Source: a virus (lineage: Duplodnaviria; Caudoviricetes). From it: a stretch of DNA of 59,321 nucleotides. Each line of letters begins with the position of its first letter. The first letter of the stretch is position 1. Under the pieces are notes generated by a model that ran no database searches, had not been told where the DNA came from, and worked only from the letters and a program-made list of their open reading frames with translations. The position numbers and the translations under genes are program-made. Of the stretch, positions 1-10,924 are shown one piece after another. The stretch is from IMG/VR virus record IMGVR_UViG_3300037882_001894, positions 1 to 59,321 of that record. One strand, given 5' to 3'.

Positions 1-1
1 T

Positions 2-316
2 GGTGATTATAAGCAAACATTTGGTCGGCTGCGAAAAGACGATTGCTTTTGTGTAATAGGTGTACTGTGTGATGTAGCCAAAGAGGATTTGGGACTAGAT
101 TGGGAGCATTTTAGTAACTACGGATATTCTTTTTGTGGTCTTACTATGGCATTACCACAAAAAGTATCTAATTTTTTAGAATTCAAATATTCCGATCATA
201 CATTAAATGTCAACACCGATAACGGTACTACTATGGCTGTATCAATCTGGGCAATTAACGATAATTTAAAATATGATTTCAATCAACTAGCAGATTTAAT
301 CGATGCTCAATTATGA
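2..316 (+). CDS. Phage hypothetical protein, 5'-truncated by the window edge
   Basis: Frame is open from base 2 (GDYKQTFGRLRKDDCFCVIGVLCDVAKED...) into the 89..316 ORF; YKQ..G.L....FC..GVLCD is a recurrent phage motif. Confidence 0.6.
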   Translation, partial: GDYKQTFGRLRKDDCFCVIGVLCDVAKEDLGLDWEHFSNYGYSFCGLTMALPQKVSNFLEFKYSDHTLNVNTDNGTTMAVSIWAINDNLKYDFNQLADLIDAQL

Positions 317-380
317 TTTACAAATCACTGGTACATTTGTCCCATTACAACAAAATATCAAATTTAATAACCAATCTTCA

Positions 381-677
381 ATGATATATAAGTATTCTGA
401 AAAACAAATTATTGATGATGTGTTAGTATACATCGACAGCACTTATCAACAACACTATCAATCCAAAAATATTCAATTAATTGATCTCTTTGATAGTGAA
501 GATATGATTGTGGAATATCTTAAAACATCTATCATGCGATATGTGCTAAGATATGGAAAAAAAGATGGTTTTAATACCAGGGATTTGTATAAAGCTATCC
601 ATTGTATTATTTTATTGATCCACTTCACCAAGAAGAAAACCACAGATAGTCCTGAATTATTATTGGAGCAAATTTAG
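381..677 (+). CDS. Conserved T4-like phage protein (DUF3310-like)
   Basis: YKYSE..IIDD...YIDSTYQQHY and RYVLRYGKKDG...DLYKAIH motifs; ATG 381 preferred over 303. Confidence 0.65.
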   Translation: MIYKYSEKQIIDDVLVYIDSTYQQHYQSKNIQLIDLFDSEDMIVEYLKTSIMRYVLRYGKKDGFNTRDLYKAIHCIILLIHFTKKKTTDSPELLLEQI

Positions 678-1360
678 TGAAAATTTCAAAAGACACGTTA
701 AAGATCCTAAAAAACTACAAAAATATTAATCTATCGTATATATCAAAATCAGGAAATATTATCAGAACATTATCTGATGCCAAAAACATATATGCGGTAG
801 CTAATGTAGATGAAGAATTTCCTGATTTTGCTATATATGATTTGAAAAAATTCTTGGGAATTGTAGATTTATTTGAAGAACCAGATTTTACATTCCATGA
901 TAAATATTTGACTGTATCCACAGGTAGACAAAAAACTAAATATTTTTTCTCTGATCCTACCGTATTAACAGTCAAATTGCCAGACAAAGAAATTAACATT
1001 TCCGATGTTTTGGTGGAATTTATGCTCACTGTTGATGATATTTCTATTATAAATTCGGTTGCTGATAAACTATCATTACCAGATCTTACTGTACAGATTA
1101 TTAATGATGTTGTCGTTGCCGTGGTTTGTGATAAATCCACTAGCGCAAGCAATAATCACATCATTACACTGGATAGTGCTAATCTGTTTCCTGATGTTAT
1201 CGGTGATATCGATATATCACTGAACTTTAAAATCGAAAATCTGAAACTATTATCCGGCGATTATTGGGTTGAACTTAGTAAAAAGAAAATCTCTAAATTT
1301 ACTAATCAACATTTAGACCTTACTTATTACATAGCAATGGAGGCTACATCTGTAACATGA
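677..1360 (+). CDS. gp45: DNA polymerase sliding clamp
   Basis: MKISKDTLKILKNY..IN, FAIYDL..FL, FKIENLKLL.GDY.V, LTYYIA.E. Confidence 0.92.
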   Translation: MKISKDTLKILKNYKNINLSYISKSGNIIRTLSDAKNIYAVANVDEEFPDFAIYDLKKFLGIVDLFEEPDFTFHDKYLTVSTGRQKTKYFFSDPTVLTVKLPDKEINISDVLVEFMLTVDDISIINSVADKLSLPDLTVQIINDVVVAVVCDKSTSASNNHIITLDSANLFPDVIGDIDISLNFKIENLKLLSGDYWVELSKKKISKFTNQHLDLTYYIAMEATSVT

Positions 1361-2367
1361 AAACTACAAAAGAATTAATTAAAGCGATTGGGAATAAGAA
1401 TGCAAATTACATTCCAGATTCAGAATTTTACGGACAGAGAACACTAATTAAAACTAGTATTCCGATTGTAAACATAGCATTATCTGGATCTATTAATGGT
1501 GGTTTGAGCAGTGGTTTAACAGTGATTGCTGGTGCTTCCAAAAGTTACAAAACCGTATTATCTCTGACTTGTGCAAAAGCATATTTAGATTTATATCCTG
1601 AATCAGTTTTATTTTTCTTTGATGCTGAATATGGTGCCAGTCTCAGTTATTTTAATTCGGTAGGGATTGATATTAATAGAGTAGTACATATTCCAGTCAC
1701 CAGCGTAGAAGAATTCAAAATTCAATCTTTTGCACTATTGAATACGCTTGAGCGTGGTTACAAATGCTTTATGCTGCTGGATAGTTTGGGTGCATTAGCA
1801 TCAGAAAAAACTATTTTGGATACTACCGAAAGTAAAAATACCACTGATCTCACTAGACCAAAAGCTATTAATCTAGTAGCAAGATTGATCACACCATTAC
1901 TGAATAGTAAGGATATTCCATGTATCTTTATTAATCATTTATATGATAGTATGGATAAGTATACACCACAAAAAATGGGTGGTGGTAATGGGATACTCTA
2001 TGCATCTAATACAGTTCTGTACATTTCTAAGACCAAAATCAAAGATGGTTCAGAATTAGAAGGATACACATTTAATATCAAGATCGAAAAATCTAGATAT
2101 ATCAAAGAAGGTATGGGTTTATCTTTTGATGTGTTGTATGATGATGGTGTCCAGCCATTAAGTGGTGTTGCAGAACTAGCCATAGAATATGGTGTGCTGA
2201 CGCAAGGTGGTGGTTGGTATACCCAAAAAGATCCAACTACTGGTGAAGTAATTGGTGAGAAAATGAGAGCATCTGCACCAAGATTTACTAAAATATTGGA
2301 GGATCTATTATTAGATCAATCCTTTGATAACTTCGTCCAGAAAAAATTCAAGTTAGTTTTCGATTAA
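1357..2367 (+). CDS. uvsX: RecA-like recombinase UvsX
   Basis: NIALSG...GGL, Walker A AGASKSYKT, DSLGALAS, INH.Y, MGGG.G..Y, KSRYIKE. Confidence 0.93.
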   Translation: MKTTKELIKAIGNKNANYIPDSEFYGQRTLIKTSIPIVNIALSGSINGGLSSGLTVIAGASKSYKTVLSLTCAKAYLDLYPESVLFFFDAEYGASLSYFNSVGIDINRVVHIPVTSVEEFKIQSFALLNTLERGYKCFMLLDSLGALASEKTILDTTESKNTTDLTRPKAINLVARLITPLLNSKDIPCIFINHLYDSMDKYTPQKMGGGNGILYASNTVLYISKTKIKDGSELEGYTFNIKIEKSRYIKEGMGLSFDVLYDDGVQPLSGVAELAIEYGVLTQGGGWYTQKDPTTGEVIGEKMRASAPRFTKILEDLLLDQSFDNFVQKKFKLVFD

Positions 2368-2370
2368 ATC

Positions 2371-4755
2371 ATGCAACTAGAACATATAATTTTATCAGCT
2401 TTAATTCACGACGAAACATTTACTAGAAAAGTATTACCATTTTTAAAAGATGAATATTTTTCTAGTGCCGCTGATAAAAATGTATTTTTGATTATAAGTA
2501 AACACTTTAATACATATAATTGTTCCCCTACCACTGAAGCTATCGCAATTGATGCTGTTAATCTGGAAGGGTTGACAGCACCTTTAGCGAAAGAAATAGA
2601 ATCTACTATTAATAAATTAGTAGAGGTTGACTATAATCTTGATTGGCTTATTGATTCTTCGGAAAAATTTTGTAAGGAACGAGCGGTATATCTCGCAATT
2701 GTAGAAGCTATTGAAATACAAGATGGTAACACTAAAAAAACTGTTTCTGCGATCCCAGATATTTTATCTAAAGCATTATCTGTGTCTTTTGACTCTAATG
2801 TCGGTCTAGATTATATTTTATCTGCTGAACAACGGTATGATGATTTCAACAAGACTGAATTAGATAAAATACCTTTTGGTCTGCATTATCTGGATAAAAT
2901 TACTAAAAATGGTTTTGGTAAGAAAACACTTAACCTGATCGTTGCCGCAGCCTCGACTGGTAAAGAACAGCCAATATCAGAACCAGTATTAACACCCAAT
3001 GGGTGGTCTACTATGGGTCAACTGCGTCCTGGTGACTATGTGATTGGTTCTGCTGGACTACCTATTGAAGTATTATCTATCCATCCGCAAGGAATAAAAG
3101 ATGTATATACAGTAGAAACGCAGGATGGGGTGAAGATCCGATGTGGTAAAGATCATTTATGGTCTGTTTATAGTTCATCTAGGATAAATGGAAAAAATGG
3201 TCAAAAATTATTTACTAAAACTACACAGGAACTTATAGATGGTGGTGTACGAAAACTAGATACCACACCAAGATTTACTTTACCAGAATTTGGTGGTGTA
3301 CAATATGGGATAAGTATTGGTTATGCTTATGCACTAGGATATTGCTTAGGTAATGGTTGTTTTAGTAGCAGTCAATTACTAGTTTCATATCATACTAAAG
3401 ATACATCTCAGATTTTGTCTTTATTGTGTAAATCATTGGGTACACCTACTCGCAATAGTATTGTTGGTGAGTTTGGTGGTCAATCTGCCTATAGTTGGGG
3501 AAAACTAGATCCAGAAATTGCTAAATATCGAAATAGTGGATTATCTCATGAAAAATCTTTACACCAAGATCATAAAAACTGGTTGTCTTGGGATTATGAT
3601 TCTAGATTAGAATTATTAAAGGGTTTATTAGATAGTGATGGTTGTATAAGTACATATAAAACTAAAAATTCTTTTAGTTCTACTTCTACCAATCTTTTGA
3701 TTTTAGTAAGAGATTTGATTAGGTCTTTAGGTGGGCGATCTGGAGAAATTCATCAAACGTCTCTTAGTGATAATTGTAAGTTTGATTATTTTGGCGCACT
3801 TTATTTTAGGATGCCCTTATGTCCATTTGAATTGAAGCAGGAACGATGGAAAAAATCTTGCTATAACATGCGTTCATCAATAAGTAGCATCACCAAAGAA
3901 GTTTACCAAGAGGAACAAGTATGTATTACAGTAGATGCACCAGATCACTTATATGTTACTACTGGGTTTAAACTTACCCACAACAGTATACTATTATGTC
4001 ATCATGCAGCACATTCTTTATCTATAGGTAAAAATGTGTTGTTCATCACCTTAGAAATGTCTGCTAATGCCATTAGTGAACGTATTGATGCTAATTTATT
4101 AGATGTAAACATTGATGATCTTTATACTAATGGTAAAGAGCATTATATGAGTAGATTTAAGAAGTTGCAAGCAAAAACTTATGGTAAATTGTATATAAAA
4201 GAGTATCCAATTAGTACAGCACATGTGGGCAATTTCACTGCCTTATTAGATGAGTTGAAAGCCAAAAAGCAGTTTGTTCCTGATATTATTGTGATTGATT
4301 ATTTGAATATTTGTGCTAGCGCAACCAACAGTACAAACAGTAATTCTTATGAGCGAGTAAAACAGATTGGTGAGCAATTGAGATCATTAGCACAAATCAA
4401 TGATGTACCGATTTTATCAGCGATCCAATTGAATAGGTCTGGGGTGGGCAATAACGATCCTGATATGTCTAATTTGGCTGATAGCTACGCACTAGGGATG
4501 GTAGCAGACTTTATTATGGCATTGGTGTCCAATGAGGCATTAGCTAGCTTAGAGCAGATTCTCTGCGTACAGATTAAAAATAGATACAGTAATATCTCAG
4601 TCAATAACAAATTTGTGTTAGGATTAGATAAGTCGCGTATGAAATTCTATGATGTAGAAGATAATTACACAGATGAGAAAAATATTACTAATGAATCTAC
4701 TGTGACATTAGTAACCAAAAAAAGACCACAACTATCATCATTCCTAACAGATTAA
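2371..4755 (+). CDS. gp41: Replicative DnaB-like helicase with intein
   Basis: RKVLPFLKDEYF, Walker A STGK/S, ITLEMS...I.ERIDANL, IDYLNICAS, QLNRSG, KNRY. Confidence 0.95.
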   Translation: MQLEHIILSALIHDETFTRKVLPFLKDEYFSSAADKNVFLIISKHFNTYNCSPTTEAIAIDAVNLEGLTAPLAKEIESTINKLVEVDYNLDWLIDSSEKFCKERAVYLAIVEAIEIQDGNTKKTVSAIPDILSKALSVSFDSNVGLDYILSAEQRYDDFNKTELDKIPFGLHYLDKITKNGFGKKTLNLIVAAASTGKEQPISEPVLTPNGWSTMGQLRPGDYVIGSAGLPIEVLSIHPQGIKDVYTVETQDGVKIRCGKDHLWSVYSSSRINGKNGQKLFTKTTQELIDGGVRKLDTTPRFTLPEFGGVQYGISIGYAYALGYCLGNGCFSSSQLLVSYHTKDTSQILSLLCKSLGTPTRNSIVGEFGGQSAYSWGKLDPEIAKYRNSGLSHEKSLHQDHKNWLSWDYDSRLELLKGLLDSDGCISTYKTKNSFSSTSTNLLILVRDLIRSLGGRSGEIHQTSLSDNCKFDYFGALYFRMPLCPFELKQERWKKSCYNMRSSISSITKEVYQEEQVCITVDAPDHLYVTTGFKLTHNSILLCHHAAHSLSIGKNVLFITLEMSANAISERIDANLLDVNIDDLYTNGKEHYMSRFKKLQAKTYGKLYIKEYPISTAHVGNFTALLDELKAKKQFVPDIIVIDYLNICASATNSTNSNSYERVKQIGEQLRSLAQINDVPILSAIQLNRSGVGNNDPDMSNLADSYALGMVADFIMALVSNEALASLEQILCVQIKNRYSNISVNNKFVLGLDKSRMKFYDVEDNYTDEKNITNESTVTLVTKKRPQLSSFLTD
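2965..3984 (+). mobile_element. Class-3-type intein (340 aa) with LAGLIDADG domain in the helicase P-loop
   Basis: GK|EQPISEPVLTPNGW ... DHLW ... LGYCLGNG ... LKGLLDSDG ... VCITVD...THN|S. Confidence 0.9.
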
Positions 4756-4756
4756 T

Positions 4757-5341
4757 ATGCAAAATATTTTAGAATCATACAGTGAATTCGTAAACGTAGA
4801 AAAACTATCCGAAGATGGATATAGTGTAGTTAAATTGCTTCAGACCATCAATAAACATGATCTTGCTGGAGTTGATTTTACAAGACTATTGTGTGGTGCC
4901 ATCGGACAATCAGCAGAATCAGGTGAACTATTAGTAGAAATGCTAAAACCCATGTCACCAAAAGTTATAGATGAACTAGGTGATGTCATATTCTATACAA
5001 TGGTATCAGCCAGAGCGTTGAATGTAAAATTATCTCATTTTTACTACAACGAATCTTTTGATGATATCCAAACAAAAAATCCAGTAGAGATCACACAATT
5101 GATAATCTCACTCACTGCCGAATATTTAGATATCATCAAAAAAATACTATTCCAGAGTAAGGATATCGATTCAAAATTGTACAAACAATTGATTGATAAA
5201 ATCTGGATGCAGTATGGATTAATTCAGTTATTGTCTGAAAAATTAGAAGTATCGATAGAATATGTGATATTAGTGAACAAAAATAAATTAAACAAGCGGT
5301 TTAAAACAACATTTACTAAACAAGAATCCGAAAACCGATAG
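4757..5341 (+). CDS. mazG: MazG-like nucleotide pyrophosphohydrolase
   Basis: AIGQSAESGE, DELGDVIFY, IIKKILFQ, NKNKLNKRF...ESENR; follows gp41 as in T4-like cyanophages. Confidence 0.8.
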   Translation: MQNILESYSEFVNVEKLSEDGYSVVKLLQTINKHDLAGVDFTRLLCGAIGQSAESGELLVEMLKPMSPKVIDELGDVIFYTMVSARALNVKLSHFYYNESFDDIQTKNPVEITQLIISLTAEYLDIIKKILFQSKDIDSKLYKQLIDKIWMQYGLIQLLSEKLEVSIEYVILVNKNKLNKRFKTTFTKQESENR

Positions 5342-5345
5342 TATT

Positions 5346-5375
5346 AAAAGCTGATGTACACACATCAGCTTTTTT
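5346..5375 (+). terminator. Rho-independent terminator
   Basis: aaaagctgatgt-acac-acatcagctttt followed by a T tract. Confidence 0.85.
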
Positions 5376-5377
5376 GA

Positions 5378-5383
5378 TAAATA
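5378..5383 (+). promoter_or_regulatory. T4-type late promoter (TAAATA core)
   Basis: gaTAAATA 30 nt upstream of ATG 5408; the same core at similar spacing recurs before many genes (see findings). Confidence 0.6.
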
Positions 5384-5407
5384 TGGATGTAAGTGATAGT
5401 GTATATT

Positions 5408-5881
5408 ATGTCCTATTTAAAAGAATCAAACAGTGCTATTGCGTTAGCAAAAGATATGGAGTTGACACATGTTGGTGGAGGATTTTATAGTAATAAATCT
5501 GGAGTAGTTACACACAAAAGTAGTGATGGTGTAACATTAAAAAGTGTATCTAAATCTCAGTTAAATAAAACAAAGACGGTTGCTAATAAAATAGCAGTCC
5601 AAAAAGACGAAACTATGCCAGATCCATTAGGTAAACCGAGTGGTATATCTAATAATAAAATATTACCTAAGAAAAAAAAGAAATCATTAGTAGAGTTTTT
5701 GTCGGAGAATAAACAACCTACTTGGTTAGTAAAATATCAAATCCATAGTACTGGTTCTAGAATTCATGAATTCTACATAGATGCACTTAATCAAAAGGAA
5801 GCATTGGCTAAAGCTAATACTTTTTTACACGATGCCAAATTTATATTCTCACCAATACGCACGAATAAAAATCATAAATAA
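5408..5881 (+). CDS. Hypothetical late protein, possible internal head protein
   Basis: Late promoter; basic; MSYLKES and KSLVEFLSE segments. Confidence 0.55.
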   Translation: MSYLKESNSAIALAKDMELTHVGGGFYSNKSGVVTHKSSDGVTLKSVSKSQLNKTKTVANKIAVQKDETMPDPLGKPSGISNNKILPKKKKKSLVEFLSENKQPTWLVKYQIHSTGSRIHEFYIDALNQKEALAKANTFLHDAKFIFSPIRTNKNHK

Positions 5882-5908
5882 TTACATATAATAAATAATC
5901 TATAAATT

Positions 5909-8623
5909 ATGGATCAGGTTCAGTTTACCGCTATGTGCTTGGATTATAGCACACATACACTACATAAAGTAAAAAAGGTAGTAGAATTGGCAGAAAGTAT
6001 GTTTCAACATGGTTCTGACGAATATTATGATTATGTCAATAAGTACACAGACTTGTCAGAAAAGAAATTAGCAGATCTCATGATCTCTAATACTATTGTC
6101 GAAAATACTGGTCGTGAATATATGGGAGTTACTATTTTCAGAAATGAAGATGGTACCTATAATGTACCAGAATTAGGGTTGTATAATATAGATGATGCAA
6201 AAAGTGTCAAAAATAGTGTTAAACTAAAGTTGTCACAAACATCTAGACAATCATTTAAAGAAAATTGTGATCAGGTTATTGATAATATTTTTAATTTAGT
6301 GGACATTGATGAATCAGAATTTTTTAATTTTGTTTTGTCTGAGATGAGTGAAAATGATTATGTTTCTTTAGGTGGTGAAAGCTTTAAAGACTTTGTATTG
6401 TTGATGTCAGAAGTGGTTAATGAAGATTATGGTGTTCCTGAATCTTTGATTAATGAAAGTTATATATTTGATGAAGGTATTGGTGATTTTGTCAAGAAAG
6501 TAAAATCTGGTGTAAGTGATGCTCATGTGAACTTGTCCTATGCTGCACCAGGATTGGCAGCATCTTTGGGTAATGCATATCAGCGTCATACTGATGCAGT
6601 TAGTGGAGCAAAAGATAAATTAGCTAATCTATCTGGTAGCAGTAAAGAATCTGCTGCTAATGCTAAATCTAAGATTAGTAATGCTGTAAGCAACACATTT
6701 AATAAAAATAACTTACAAATGGGTGCCAGAATTGCTGGTGCTACAGTCAAAGCAGCTTCTAGTGGATTTAATAAATCTGTAGCTGCTGTAGCTGATAACG
6801 CCACTGCTGGAGTAAAAGCTGCTGCTAGTCTTACCGATAAGGAATTGAGAAGCAGAAGCAAAAATAATAAATTTGATAGCAGTGACGAAAGACAAAAAAG
6901 TGCTGCTGCTAATGATGTATTAGATAAACTGCGTACTGATGGAGATGCTGAACGTGTAGAAGGCAAACGTAGTGGTAAAAAACTAACGTCTGCTGAGAAA
7001 GGTGCTATGTATGACAAAATGCATAAATCCGGTGAATTGTATAAAGAAGATTTAGATTACCAATTAGATTCTATCAAGAATTGGTTGTATGAAAATGATA
7101 TATTTGATAATTTAGAAGACATAGATCAATATATATTGGACGAAATGACTAAAGACGATTACACCCATATATTATCGGAAATATTTGGTGCTGATAATGT
7201 TAAACAAGCGGCAAAATTGGTAACACCAAAATATAAAGGTAAAGGTGAGACTAGCAAAGAGAGAAATTTAAGAGGTGCTGTAACTAGGGATTTGGCTGAT
7301 GCTACTAAATCTTATGATAGATTTGGTAACAATCACTACGATAATAGTGGCGTTCGTAGTAAAAATTATAATTTAGATAAATCTATTCAAAAATTAGCGG
7401 ATACTAATACTGATCGTATGCGTAAAGATTATGATAGTATGAATAGTAAGTTTTCTTTCCAAAAACCTGGAACTGCTGCTTCTACCCCACCAGCACGTAC
7501 TTCCAAACCACCAGCTAATTATGATGATTTGAAGAGTGGTGTTGTTTCAAAAAATCAACCACCAGCAAGACCATATAATCCAAATACGGGATTAGTATTG
7601 CGTGGCAAAGATTCTACTGCTGTTTCTACTACTGATTCTCCATCTTATTCTATTCCATCATTGAGAGGTGGTGGTGCGCCACGCCCACCAATAAGACCAC
7701 TTGGTAAAGCTATTGATAATCCCCACAGTTTGGCATACAAACAAGCTATATTGAATTTACACGAACCTGCTGGTAAGCAGAGTGTATATAGTAGTGATGG
7801 ATCTAGTCTTGGTAGAAAATCAGCACCAAAACCACTGGGTAAAGCTATTGGTGCCCCACAGAGTATGCAAAAGTCCAGTAGTGAATCGCCAAAACAAAAA
7901 ATGCCATCTTCTTGGAAATCATTGGATGATTATGGTAAATCCGAACCAGAATCACCAACATCCCCATTAGTAGGTAAAGCATCTGGTTCTGGCATACCTC
8001 AATCTTTTAAAGACCGTTATCCAGCACAAGCAAATGTTGATAAAGGTGTATTAAAAGTGCGTGATGATTTTGCTGATAGTCTAAAAAATGTATTCGGTAA
8101 TAATAAAACCAAGCCTTCTTCTATTATTTCCACAGTAGGCAACAAAGCAAGAAAACTAGCTGGTTATGCTGTTGATAGTTTAAAACGTAAAGTTTATGCA
8201 GAGGGCATAAGTGAATCTGATATTACAAATTGGTTAACAGAAGATGAATATATTTCTATTGCTGAATATTTGATTGAGAATGATGTATTTGAAGATGATG
8301 AAGATCTATTAATTTATCTTAGTGAAGGATTGACCTGGGAAGATTTGAGTATTATTAATGATAATATCGAAGCTGATGCGCTAGCACTAATAGTAGAAAT
8401 GTTGTGTGATGAAGAAACATATAATGATACTTGCATAGTGTTAGAATCTGTACTGGGATCGGATTTTTTAATCTTACTAGAAACTTGTGCTAACAATAGC
8501 GATTCTGATTTTTACGAACCAATGCCAGTAAAAGTAGTTGATTGTAGTTGTGGTAAATCTGGATGCAAACCTTGCTCCCAGAAATCATGGAAAAACAAAG
8601 TTTATAATAAAATGGTAAAATAA
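5909..8623 (+). CDS. Large low-complexity late protein, probable internal head protein
   Basis: 904-aa ORF alternating acidic modules with basic Ala/Ser/Pro/Lys tracts; TAAATA upstream. Confidence 0.6.
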   Translation: MDQVQFTAMCLDYSTHTLHKVKKVVELAESMFQHGSDEYYDYVNKYTDLSEKKLADLMISNTIVENTGREYMGVTIFRNEDGTYNVPELGLYNIDDAKSVKNSVKLKLSQTSRQSFKENCDQVIDNIFNLVDIDESEFFNFVLSEMSENDYVSLGGESFKDFVLLMSEVVNEDYGVPESLINESYIFDEGIGDFVKKVKSGVSDAHVNLSYAAPGLAASLGNAYQRHTDAVSGAKDKLANLSGSSKESAANAKSKISNAVSNTFNKNNLQMGARIAGATVKAASSGFNKSVAAVADNATAGVKAAASLTDKELRSRSKNNKFDSSDERQKSAAANDVLDKLRTDGDAERVEGKRSGKKLTSAEKGAMYDKMHKSGELYKEDLDYQLDSIKNWLYENDIFDNLEDIDQYILDEMTKDDYTHILSEIFGADNVKQAAKLVTPKYKGKGETSKERNLRGAVTRDLADATKSYDRFGNNHYDNSGVRSKNYNLDKSIQKLADTNTDRMRKDYDSMNSKFSFQKPGTAASTPPARTSKPPANYDDLKSGVVSKNQPPARPYNPNTGLVLRGKDSTAVSTTDSPSYSIPSLRGGGAPRPPIRPLGKAIDNPHSLAYKQAILNLHEPAGKQSVYSSDGSSLGRKSAPKPLGKAIGAPQSMQKSSSESPKQKMPSSWKSLDDYGKSEPESPTSPLVGKASGSGIPQSFKDRYPAQANVDKGVLKVRDDFADSLKNVFGNNKTKPSSIISTVGNKARKLAGYAVDSLKRKVYAEGISESDITNWLTEDEYISIAEYLIENDVFEDDEDLLIYLSEGLTWEDLSIINDNIEADALALIVEMLCDEETYNDTCIVLESVLGSDFLILLETCANNSDSDFYEPMPVKVVDCSCGKSGCKPCSQKSWKNKVYNKMVK

Positions 8624-8624
8624 T

Positions 8625-9485
<861 letters not shown>

Positions 9486-9516
9486 ATAAATATAACACAA
9501 ACTAACACTTAAATTT

Positions 9517-9684
9517 ATGTCATTAGCAGCTTTACTCGCATTTTGGAACGGCAATAGTGTAATTATACTATCTACTTTGCTTATTATTAGCGAAAGTCTT
9601 GCGGCAATACCATCTATTAAGTCTAATGCAATCTATCAATTGCTACTTAATATTTTAATTACAATCACTAAGAAAAATAAATAA
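9517..9684 (+). CDS. Small membrane protein, holin-like (55 aa, not in ORF track)
   Basis: MSLAALLAFWNGNSVIILSTLLIISESLAAIPSIKSNAIYQLLLNILITITKKNK; TAAATA 30 nt upstream; basic C-terminus. Confidence 0.7.
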   Translation: MSLAALLAFWNGNSVIILSTLLIISESLAAIPSIKSNAIYQLLLNILITITKKNK

Positions 9685-9686
9685 TC

Positions 9687-10193
9687 ATGGGATTAACAGT
9701 ATATCCAATAACTTCAATCAAATTAGAAGACGGTTCTAATTTAGTTGATAAATTTGAATGCTTGGAAACTGCATCTGTTGGTGATATCATAAACTTATTA
9801 GATGTAGATTACCAAATAAAAAATATTGTAGATGATACAATCATCCTCAATAAAAAATATATACATGCTGGTAAACTAACACCAGATAAAATGGTATTGA
9901 AAAAACTACCATCTTATATCAAATCTCAAGTATCTTTGATTGGTGAGTTAGTATTGATCACGGTTGAAGATTCCTTATTAGAATCTAATAGACTAAATGG
10001 TTTAACAATTCCTGGGTGGTATAATATCATCACCACTAAAAATGCTGATGGAACAACTAGAATTAGATCCGAACTACTAAAAGCAATTAGGATCTATGAT
10101 GAGGTCATTGTACCACCTATCCCAGTTAAACCTGAACCAGCGACTAAAACTAAAACTGTAATCAAACCTGATGTAGCAAAAACTGGTGATTAA
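9687..10193 (+). CDS. Probable virion protein
   Basis: PGWY......DG.TR.RSE.L motif resembles T4-like cyanophage structural proteins. Confidence 0.5.
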   Translation: MGLTVYPITSIKLEDGSNLVDKFECLETASVGDIINLLDVDYQIKNIVDDTIILNKKYIHAGKLTPDKMVLKKLPSYIKSQVSLIGELVLITVEDSLLESNRLNGLTIPGWYNIITTKNADGTTRIRSELLKAIRIYDEVIVPPIPVKPEPATKTKTVIKPDVAKTGD

Positions 10194-10461
10194 CTTAGAC
10201 AAAAATAATATATTATCTTATGCCTTAGATAATTACTTAAATAAACAATCTACCACAAGAATAATTTTTATGGCAGATTACCGATTAATTTGTAATTTTC
10301 ATAATTACTATAATAAAAATAAGCACAAACCACTGTTGGTCAAAAACCAAATTAATATCATAATTAATTTGTTTAATTATACTGCTGTTGTAAATATGCT
10401 TCGGTTTTTTATAGGCGAAACTGATGATTTTTATGATATATTGGAGTATGTTTATGTTTAA
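10186..10461 (+). CDS. Conserved T4-like phage hypothetical protein
   Basis: L...N...YA...Y.N...L..N.I.II.NLF pattern; GTG start overlaps upstream gene. Confidence 0.55.
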   Translation: MINLDKNNILSYALDNYLNKQSTTRIIFMADYRLICNFHNYYNKNKHKPLLVKNQINIIINLFNYTAVVNMLRFFIGETDDFYDILEYVYV

Positions 10462-10888
10462 AAATACTACCAAAGTAGATGTAGTCGAACAAAAATTAAT
10501 CTACTTTGAAGGTCTTTCTCGCGACATGTCATCAGAATTTCGCAGAATTCTAGACAAACTCACAGACAGCAACAGTAACATTTTATTGTTGTTGTCTAAA
10601 CAAGATCTACATATCAACACATTAACTATCCAAAATAACAACACAGTAGATGAAATAAAAAAGATCTATTCTGAGATAGAAGCACAAAATCACAAATTAG
10701 AACAGCTATCAACTGATATGTATGCTATCACCACTACTAACACTAATAAATTGATAGAATTTGGCAATTTTAAAAATATTTTTATTTGGTCGTTAACTGC
10801 TGTAGTCACTGTGACTGGTATAGCTGCATCGGCGGGTTGGTTGTCACCAAACATTGTCACTAATAATAAACAAATTATATCTAAATAA
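10454..10888 (+). CDS. Coiled-coil protein with C-terminal transmembrane helix
   Basis: Heptad-rich body then IFIWSLTAVVTVTGIAASAGWL; lies upstream of primase. Confidence 0.6.
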   Translation: MFKNTTKVDVVEQKLIYFEGLSRDMSSEFRRILDKLTDSNSNILLLLSKQDLHINTLTIQNNNTVDEIKKIYSEIEAQNHKLEQLSTDMYAITTTNTNKLIEFGNFKNIFIWSLTAVVTVTGIAASAGWLSPNIVTNNKQIISK

Positions 10889-10918
10889 TTGACAAATTAT
10901 TATTAGTGGTGGTATAAT
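10889..10918 (+). promoter_or_regulatory. Sigma70-type promoter for primase
   Basis: TTGACA-18nt-TATAAT with TG extension. Confidence 0.7.
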
Positions 10919-10924
10919 TATTGA

